In this document: positions 1 to 9,095 of the stretch, piece after piece
How the letters are laid out: every line of letters starts with the position of its first letter
Numbering within the stretch: position 1 is the stretch's first letter
Source of the DNA: Catajapyx aquilonaris
Taxonomy: Eukaryota
DNA: 37,249 bases
Reading direction: 5' to 3'
Assembly (NCBI GenBank): GCA_000934665.2
Contig: JYFJ02003819.1
Coordinates: 1-37,249, forward strand
Position numbers and translations under genes: made by a program
Notes under the pieces: generated by a model
What the model saw: only the letters and a program-made list of their open reading frames with translations
What the model was told of the DNA's origin: nothing
The model's database searches: none

Positions 1-1052
1 GGGGGGGAAGGGGGGTCAGTGTAAATGTCTCCCTTTTTATCAATCCCACTGTACTGTACTAAGCAGAGTTGCATTACCTTGCCCTGCCTTCAACAATCCC
101 CGGATACATGGAAGCGCCCATGTCGGCAAGCAATCTATGCCCTCACCCGGCCATCATACATCCTTCAACCAAGCCCCACTACCTCACCTGACAACGATGA
201 CTCACTATGAGGAGATACCTGGACGCAGATTCTGGTAGATACGTGTGCAGTCGGTGCAGTCCACTTCAAACGCCCGGACAAAGGAGAAATAGGAGACGGT
301 GGGGGAGGTGGGAGAGGGAAAAAGAGAGAGACAGAGGGAATGAATGGAACGGCCACGTCACAGGTCTCACGCTCTCTAATATGCATAGCGGCTATTTTCT
401 GTTCGCCCTGGCCATCTGACAGCAGCGTGCAAGTTCGCCCACACAGCCACGTCCTTTTGACACACAGCCCATTTTTAATTGTTATTTCATTGTTGTAATC
501 AGCTGTTGGTGCTAGGATGTGTGAACACACCGGTAGGCTGGAAACATGGGGCAATTGAGCGGATACTGAAGTAGCGGCTTCATATAATAACAGCTGCTGT
601 TTGGTAGTAACAAGAAGGGTTAGCAAAAGCCAAGCAGCCACTAGCTATTAAGTTCCAACATGTTTGTAAACCATTAATATTGCATCTGTGTCGCTCCGCA
701 ATTAGGTGGCAGCGAAGGAATTAATGTCGATTTGGTTAATGTTTCCGGCTGATGGCGCAACGTTGGAAGTGGCAACATGGCATTATGGCATTATGGCCAG
801 GGCGCATGCGCCGTGTGACCATTATTTTTATACTTCAATGTACCATAACAACTTCAAACCTACTTGTGTACTTGTGTGTGTGTGTGTGGATTGCACCGAT
901 TTTTTTTTTTAATTGCCAAATCACACGAGCGTGATGCTAGCAGAATTTTTCTCATTAATTTTGGGTAGCAGAAAATGAGACTGACAACCGTGCCAATAAC
1001 ATTCAAAAATTCAGCTAGAATCAGCTAGAATCACGCCCTCTCTAGAATAATT

Positions 1053-1087
<35 letters not shown>

Positions 1088-1411
1088 CCCCTCTCTCCCC
1101 TCTCTCTCCCTCTCCCACCTTCCCCACCGTCTCCTATTTCTCCTTTGCCCGGGCGTCTGAAGTGGACTGTACAGTGTACACGTATCTACCAGCATCGGCG
1201 TCCAGGTATCTCCTCGTGAGTCATCGTTGTCAGGTGAGGCAGTGGGGCTTGGTTGAAGGATGTATGATGGCATGGATTGCTTGCCGACATGGGCCCTTCC
1301 ATGTATCCGGGGATTGTTGAAGGCAGGGCAAGGTAATGCAACTCTGCTTAGTACAGTACAGTGGGATTGATAAAAAGGGAGACATTTACACTGACCCCCC
1401 CTCCCCTCCCC
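1..1411. repeat. Long inverted repeat (foldback element), arms ~1-335 and ~1060-1411, truncated by the window edge
   Basis: Reverse complement of 1060-1411 aligns with 1-335 (gggggtcagtgtaaatgtctccctttttatcaatcccactgtactg...) with scattered substitutions and small indels. Confidence 0.85.
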
Positions 1412-2555
1412 AAGTAAGTCAGAAGCCAGCAGCTTCAGTTCACTAACAATAGTTGTGAGGCAGTGCATTACCACCAGCGTCATGGGCTCATCATTTACAT
1501 GCACCCAGGAAGCTGGATCTGAGACCTTGTTCACTTCATGGTGCTTGCACCAGAGAGGTGCACATAAACAACCATTCCCATGGTGTAGATTTTAGAATGT
1601 ACTTCCCAGAGGAAATAACTTGTTGGCAACCAGATGATGTAAGTTGGTGACACAGAACTCATTAACGTATCATTTAAGTGCTGGAGTAGAATGGGGCCTC
1701 ACCACTATTCACTTGATGAACAGTGTTGCCAGCCCAGCCGGAGACATTAATGCAATATTGATTAATCATGTTGACAACAAACAAAATAAATACCAACAGA
1801 ATTCATCATAATTATTCATTCCAAATATTAGTGTAATCAGAATGATATTTTCAAGTCTGAACATACTGATATCATCACCACCTCCAATATGTATACAGTA
1901 CCATAATCATATGGAAGTGGGCTTCCATGATTATTGGAAAACAAGGTATTGTTGCTTAAGAAATTAATGGCATTGATATGGCATTCATAGTACAGTATTA
2001 TAGTATTCATAGTATTTTTCCGACTTGCCTTGATAACACACATGGAAATAAAGTAATATATTGCTAATACAATCATACCATTGCATTGCATACTAGTTAA
2101 GTATGGTCAGTACGGTACCAATTAAGAAAGGGTTGAGGCACAATTTAAAATTGAAAATGAAAGCATTCAATGAAGCATACGATTTTAATTGTAGTGTATT
2201 TAGGACTTTTTCAATTAGTTGCCACTTTATCAAGTTGTTTGTAATGCTAATGTTACAGTACGTGCATTATTTGAACCCATCTTGTTTTTCACTGGTGGTT
2301 ACAACGAAACTATTTTTCAGTTTGGCATTGCCGTGGGTCACTGTGCTGTGACTAATTGCCTTAAGGTAGTATAGGTCTACAGTTTTTCCCAGCTTGGAAG
2401 CTGTTGCAACTTTGCAAAAATGGAATACTGTAGAAGTACTATTATTTGCGATTCTGTTGAAGTTACTGTTTGCTTAGGAGGCCTTTAGAATAAGGAGAAT
2501 GGGTTTGTACACATTCCTGATTTTAATTGGCTGAAACCCATTAAAGAATTTCTTT

Positions 2556-2636
2556 TTGTCTGATTAAGTAGAGGTTGAGAGGCAATGTCGGGCCAACCTC
2601 CTAAAACGTTAATTTAATATATTGTCTGATTAAGTA
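2556..2636. mobile_element. 51-bp insert flanked by a 15-bp direct repeat (likely 5'-truncated retroposon)
   Basis: ttgtctgattaagta at 2556-2570 and 2622-2636; the insert holds a gaggttg...caacctc stem and an AT-rich end. Confidence 0.5.
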
Positions 2637-3006
2637 CACTTCTCGAATTCTGCCCGTGGTTGATTGCCTAGCTCCATACAATAGACCTGCATGACGCATG
2701 TAACGTGCAATCTTGCTATACAGTGTTATTGAGTGAGTGCAGGGAAATCATAGGAAGAGAAAAATAATAATCCTGACATGTTTCAAATTTATTGTAGATT
2801 TTGAAATTGTCATGAATTCTTTACCCAACGCACCAGCAGTTTTCTGTAATTTGTCAGCTACACTCGTCGGTATTAAGATGGTATAATCTTAGTACAGTCA
2901 TTCGCACGTGAAGCAGTAATCTGAGACTTGTTTGAAGCCAACTGTTCTTCTATTCACAAGAAGGTCATAATATAAACGCGATCATACAGTCTGGATGAAG
3001 TGGTAC

Positions 3007-3308
3007 CTGGGCAATGTTTCCACTGGACCTAGATTGCTGGATACCTCCTCCATGGCCACCATGATGGCCACCATGATGGCCACCATAACCACCATGGCCT
3101 CCACCTCCGCCTCTCATTGTGAACTCTTTGGCATGGACATTGAGTTGAAACCCGTTGCGATCGTGTTGACTAAAGCTCTTAGACAAGAAGGCTTGCTTGT
3201 GGTGGTGGTGGTGCTGCTGCTGTGGGTGCTGCTGGTGGGTAACTTCGCCAGGGAACATGTGGTTGAACTTGGGTTGGGCCGGAACCTCGAAGCCGCCCAA
3301 TCTTACGC
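3007..3308 (-). CDS. Minus-strand gene, coding exon 3: Q/H-rich and G/H-rich low-complexity region with PAM2 motif (FQLNVHAKEFTM); tentatively an arthropod MIF4G-domain (SLIP1/CTIF/PAIP1-like) translation or mRNA factor; downstream exons not found in window
   Basis: Acceptor ttcattag|GC, phase 1 compatible; open for 100 codons; candidate donor CAG|gtacca; PAM2-like LNxxAxEF at 3115-3150. The family assignment is from memory only; no MIF4G domain is visible here. Confidence 0.75.
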
Positions 3309-3585
3309 CTAATGAAATGCGAAATATTTTGAGGCGACTGTACCGGTATACGACATATATTATGAAGAGAGCCAAACCCGGCGTGCCAAATTGCTATATA
3401 CTTGAACAGCAACCAAGGATTTCGAATCAATTCAAGTCTTTGGCACCCTTCAACACTAACTACGCAATCGCAAATACTCTCATAATCTGGACAAAAATAG
3501 AAAGCGAAATTCGTAGACCCATGTCATCCGCATATACTACGTTAACGTTTTGGGCGAAACCATCAGATATAAATGGAATACTCAC

Positions 3586-3655
3586 TCGGTGGGCGGTATA
3601 TCTCCATGGCTGGCTTGGCACGATTTGTCTGCATAGTGTTACTTCTTCGTTTAAT
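3586..3655 (-). CDS. Minus-strand gene, coding exon 2 (IKRRSNTMQTNRAKPAMEIYRPP) with an EJC-binding-motif-like peptide
   Basis: Pyrimidine tract plus tttgcag acceptor; donor A|gtgagt; phases 0/1 link the flanking exons. Confidence 0.75.
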
Positions 3656-3869
3656 CTGCAAATACTGATGCAGAGATCGAGGAAGGAGGAAGTATCAGTG
3701 ACCTGTTGCATTGCAAATGAGGGCTACTCAGCATACTTGTGTACAATGCGTATAGATATGCTAAGGAGGGGCAAGAAAAGCGTTCATGCGTGCTTGAAGC
3801 TAAATTTTAAAAAAGGCATGGCTCGAATTGAATTCAACGTGACACGCAGTAGAAACAAAAACTACTCAC

Positions 3870-3965
3870 CTGATGGTTCAGCGACTGCTCTGACGAAAAA
3901 CCAGGATAGCCTCTTCCTTTATGAACGGGGATATCACCCTTCTCCATATCCCCAGTAACGTCCAT
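3870..3965 (-). CDS. Unidentified minus-strand gene, probable first coding exon (MDVTGDMEKGDIPVHKGRGYPGFSSEQSLNHQ)
   Basis: ATG at 3965; strong donor CAG|gtgagt at 3870/3869; phase 0 joins the next exon in frame. Confidence 0.65.
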
Positions 3966-4535
3966 AAACTCTCATAATGATCAGAAAACAAAAGTCGAAC
4001 AAAAACAATATTCACCGGGCACAAAAAACAAAAAAACGGGGGTATTCAAGCAAGGGACAAGACAACAAAATGGTCCCGTTCTTCTCTCCTCAGTTCCTTT
4101 GTACTATAAATCAACGCGACTGGGACACAAGTCATCCAGTGGCATCACCATTACCATGAAAAGGTTTTCCACGGTTCGAATAATTTCTGCTCCTGCTTAT
4201 CTTTCTCTCTTATATTACACACTCCTTTATCAATCTCTCCAAATCGGAGTTTGGCACTAATCCTGCAAGGGGCGTCGTCGGTGAATCGCCATTTTGGTAA
4301 CTCGCGGTTCGCGTCGTCGAATCGAGGTTGGGGAGGGAGTTTCGAAGCGAATGTCGCGACGTCTGAGTCACAACTGTTGCTGAAGGCAAGGCTGGAGGTG
4401 ATGGAGCTGAGGATGGCCTCACTCAAGATGGCGCTCTGCCAAGCTCATCCTCCAAGTCAGCAGCATCCGGAGCGCTTCAGCCATAACTGCCGGCCGGGGA
4501 CGTTTCTATTCCCATCCTACTAGTTGTTTCTTAAC
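3966..4535 (-). other. Probable 5' UTR portion of the minus-strand gene, with multiple upstream AUGs
   Basis: Strong acceptor ttcctcctcctatctttctttgcag|G at 4536/4535; all three frames hit a stop within 30 nt of the acceptor; 10 ATGs precede the 3965 ATG. Confidence 0.5.
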
Positions 4536-7440
4536 CTGCAAAGAAAGATAGGAGGAGGAAGAGACTCTTACTAATTGTATCCTCCAAGGAGATATAAAGG
4601 CTAAACAAAAGGCTGCCAGAGGTACATTTATATACAAAACACAATATTGCGGCCCTTGGATTTACGGAGCGTCAGTTTCAAGTGCGTCGTATTTAACGTG
4701 TGTGTCCTCAACATGTGATAAAAATCACGACAATGCCCAATTACTGAAGCATCTTTTGAACTTTACCGCTCCGAGTTGTAGTTAATTTTCAAGGAGTATG
4801 TTCTGGATCCTGGCAGTGCTCCAAGGCACAGTCATGCTTGTAAATTGCTGGGGTATTTCTTAAACAGAGGTGTAGTTTATTCACTGTAGTTGGCGGTTAT
4901 GGTTTAAAGTACAGCTTGGCGTAAAATTTGCAGGCAGCTCCCTCTGGTTGAGCGAATAATTTTTATGAATGCTTCCAGGGTGGGCTGCAATTGGGTTCTT
5001 TTTAAGTTACTTGAGTTGCCAAATTATGAACATGACACAAAATATTCCGACCAATTTTGTTTGTAGGCCTACCTCTATTATGCAGTAATTATTGGTTTTG
5101 TACGACTTGTTTATCTTCTCATTTACATTTTACTTATTCATCCCCCTTATTAGACAAACTGGATTCATCATGATTCACCCTAGATTTCCTGTGGTTTCTA
5201 CGAGCAATTCACGGCCTTCTAAATGTACGAGATTCAATTCTTGCATATTACGTCTTACGTACAATAATATTCTGCATTCAACCTAGGGTGAGAGTAGGCA
5301 TACTGCATTATACGAGACACTCTAGACTAGTGATAAATCAGTTTGAATGACACCATACTAAATCAGTGACGGCTCTTATCAGAAAGTACGCGATGTGAAT
5401 TTACCCAAAGTCTTCCGGTCTAGTTGGGCAGACAGCAGCTTCTGCTTGGCTAGGACTATCCTCGGTACAAACAAACGGGGGCCACGCTCGCATCAAGTAC
5501 TTTGACCTTCGACAATTTTACTTGCTGGCCAGCACCCACCCCAACTCGCCGGGGATTTGGGCAACATTAGCTGGATGTCAACCTCCGCTCTCGCCCCTAT
5601 TCCACGCGACCATTTTTCTCGCTCTTTTTCTACCCGCCAAACTATATACTCTCTTGAAGATGATGGCTAAGAAAGAGTTTGGCGTGTGAGAGACACGATG
5701 GTGGTTGGCTGACATGAAATCGGTTATGACGTAGCTGCGGCAGGAGCCGACACGAAGGACAGAAACACATCAAAGAGGGCCCTGGAGCTACTCCACGCTG
5801 TCTTCTCCCCCTTCAGCTGACACGCGAAACTGCTTGAGACTTTCCAGATTGTTTGGCAAAATCAGGTAGTGGATGGTGGGGTGTGCATGATGAGAGGAGA
5901 GGGGAAGCCAAGATGGAAGATGTCGAGTAGAGCAGCGTGGAGAATGCCAACCCCCACAAGGCTGAAGGTGATGCCTCCATGCGGGGCTAAAATTAAAACT
6001 GACTTCCTCATTCGGCCCTCGCGAGACAAAAAATTGGCCTCGTGTCAAGGAAACACTTCGACACTACTTTGCCGATATTTGGATCAGGTTGGACATGATG
6101 GTTCGGCCCATTGGCTGGACAGGTTGTTTGCTACTCGTGGCTGTCCCCTGCCTGATGGGTGAAATCTATTGGTGTGAAAATGGGTGAAAAACAAAGGGGA
6201 ATGACTCAGGTCTGCTTTACTCACACACATGAGTCCAAAAAAATTCTTGGTTTCCCCTTATGGTTTCTCTGCCGTTCTAAAAATATATCTTTGCTTCAAA
6301 CTACGCTTCAACTACAGGGATGGACTGATGCCAGGTCGTGTCTTCGAAACGCAACAGCTTGGATGTGAAATGTGGGATTCCCCATATTTATGCTCCTTTA
6401 ACGCTCACGTTGGATAGCCAAGACGCCAAAATTGTAACGCACTCTTTGTCCAATTACAAAGCTCTTTGCAAGGATCACTGACCTATACTACAATGTCATC
6501 CGTGTAATTGATTTTGTAATGCAGGTTACATCACACACATTATGCCACTGCCTGTTATGGAGCTAACGCTGGGATCAACTGTGTGCCAGAAGAGCTGACA
6601 CAAATTAAGTGCCTCTCGTTACCTTCACGTCCCACCTAAGTCCCCAGAGGTTTTTCTTTCAGAATATTTTATATGTATTAGAGTAAGTACTCCACCAAAA
6701 GTCCTCGACAGAAAGCAATGATTCAAAGTGCTCCCAATTCGGGACACAAGAGATTGTATTTTCCTAAATGAGAATCTTCCTGAAGAGTTTTGGCGAAAAT
6801 CTATTCCTAAATTGGTCCAACCAATTCTAATACAGTATATACAACCCCCACTTCTCTCGTGGGAGGCCTACTTTTTATGAAACCATTCTTATATTACTAC
6901 CCCTCCTCTTCATTGTGATGATTAAAACGTCAATTTTCAGCCTTGGATGACGATAGAACACCCTTGGGAGCAATTTGTTTCAAATCAGGTGAACTCGCAA
7001 CAAAATTAGCCTAAATAAATTGTTGTCTATCATATTATATAGTGATAAATGTTCTTAGTTAACTCACTCTGTGGGTGGCAAATATTAAAATGACACTCTC
7101 AGGCCCAATAGAATCGGAGGAAGAGGGTCAGTTTGACGGGATGAATAGTTGATCGGACAGGGAAATACGGGGAAATAGGAGTCACCAGATGACCCAGTGA
7201 ATGAGATGTGAGACTGACCTGGAAGCCTTGGGTTCGGATGGGCTGGAGGTCCTCGGGGCGGCAGTTAAGCAACTCCGTTCCACAGCTGCATCACTGCCGT
7301 CTTGGCCCAGTCTAATTTGGCACCCGGTAATTTCACAGTGTTAGAAATAATTCTTCTGCCGTCCACGCAGCTTCAACAGGCCGTATTTCTTGTGCGGGAA
7401 AGTTGAAGTGGTGGTAAATGCTGGGGTTTGGACTAACTTT

Positions 7441-7553
<113 letters not shown>

Positions 7554-7989
7554 ACGCTCACAGGGGGGATTGTTAAAACTTCATGGTTCATTATTGTGTA
7601 ATGTAGACTAATCATTGGGGATAAGGACAGGGAAGGAAGACAGATCAGATGTCCCATTATGAAGCCATTATGAAAAGGACATCACCCACACCCACCCACC
7701 CACCCACCCACAGAGGAATTTTCCTGTAAAGGACCAGGGAAAGCTAGCTTATATCCTGATGATCAGTAGTCACTGCTGGATTGGAACACGAGATATCCTG
7801 AATTAGAGACTGCTGGTAACTCCTCTATCCACTTTGCTAGATTTACTTATTGGTGAAAATTCAGAAATAGTTTTTAAAAATTGCGATTGATTTAAATTGA
7901 AATGATGGCTGAAGGTAAAGGAAGTGCTGGGTACAGAGATGTGACAATGGTGCAACGATTTTTTTGTTTATGGTTTATAGCATCTTTTT

Positions 7990-8329
7990 TCCAGCACACG
8001 AATGAAGGTTCAGTGAAGTCACGTCATTTCTACATATTGCCATTGTCATCGAAATGTTCACTGAAGGTTCATGCCTAATATATTATTTTCTTTACATTCA
8101 AAGTGGATTGTCAAATTTTAATATGTAGGCTACCCATGCACTGTAGATTATTTATCTTATTGCCTGGTATTTTATGCATTTTATGTAGGTCCATTGCCAC
8201 ACATATACTTTACATTGAGAACATTTTGAGAAATTGACAAAAATGCAATATTCACTTGATATTCACTGAACATGTGTAACACTGAACATTCCAGAACATT
8301 CACTGATCATAATTAGGTGCTTTACTGGG
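7990..8329. mobile_element. Degenerate MITE with CCCAG-type termini (CMC/EnSpm-like) and subterminal ttcactgaa repeats
   Basis: Left tccagcacac, right gtgctttactggg; repeated ttcactgaa/ttcagtgaa motifs near both ends; TSD unclear. Confidence 0.4.
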
Positions 8330-8762
8330 GTTTTCTACAATATAACATACCACAACATACTATAGTAGTTGTTTAAGAACATAAAGCTTGTGCAATTTAT
8401 TCTCATAACACGCCTTATAAGTCATTTGCAGTAATTTGATTTTTACATATTCCGATACCTGTTAAATCAGACAAATTCCGCCTCCTCAATAATATTCCCA
8501 GCAATAATTTGAAGTGACCCATTTCCCAGAATGTCATCCCGATTGAAATTGCTGAGCAACACCTGGCAACACGGATCCATATTCACCTGTGATTCTGACT
8601 ACACCCATCTTGAGCAAATTAAACGAGTTATTGCCGCGCCGCGACAATCAAAATATTTCCCTAATCGATTCAAATCAGGATTCCCTCCTGCCCTGACTGG
8701 GAACAAGCCTCATCCTATTTCGCCCTTTTCCATACACTCTATTCCACTATTTCCTATTCTAT

Positions 8763-8776
8763 CCGCCAGATGGTGC
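8763..8776 (+). promoter_or_regulatory. CTCF-like motif in the putative bidirectional promoter upstream of CCZ1
   Basis: ccgccagatggtgc fits the CTCF core CC(A/G)SYAGRKGGYRC; about 240 bp upstream of the CCZ1 ATG. Confidence 0.4.
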
Positions 8777-9011
8777 ACCTGCCAGTGCAAGTTTCTGCCA
8801 GTGTGGTAAGCAGCGTTTATATCCGAAGCGACTGAATTTGTAACTACTTATATTTACATTTAATGGTTAAATAAGCACCCTGATAATCTTTTATCAACAC
8901 ACTTCAGGAGTTTAAGTAATAATGATTTTCAAAATTATAATGACCATATTCCAATATAGCATTGAAGATATCACGACGAGGTGCAGATTGGCACCACTGC
9001 AGAGAATATAT

Positions 9012-9095
9012 ATGGCGTCAAGTTGCATAAAATCGCCGATTTCCTTGTTAAATTTCTATGTATACAACTCCACATATGGCATGAAGGAAGGTGAG
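9012..9095 (+). CDS. CCZ1: CCZ1 coding exon 1 (MASSCIKSPISLLNFYVYNSTYGMKEGE)
   Basis: ATG at 9012; donor GAG|gtaagt; resembles the human CCZ1 segment LLSFFIYNPRFGPREGQ. Confidence 0.92.

Noticed and set aside
1412..2960. Further exons of the minus-strand gene
   Set aside because: No phase-0 exon with convincing splice sites and protein-like content was found; I read 1400-1800 closely and relied largely on the ORF track for the rest
2995..3958. Plus-strand ORFs 2995..3312 and 3197..3958 (253 aa)
   Set aside because: Antisense to the spliced minus-strand gene and its introns; no recognisable motifs; the splice signals support the - strand
6030..6095. NOC2-like peptide NWPRVKETLRHYFADIWIR
   Set aside because: Resemblance is limited to one short stretch and does not extend on either side; not supportable without a search
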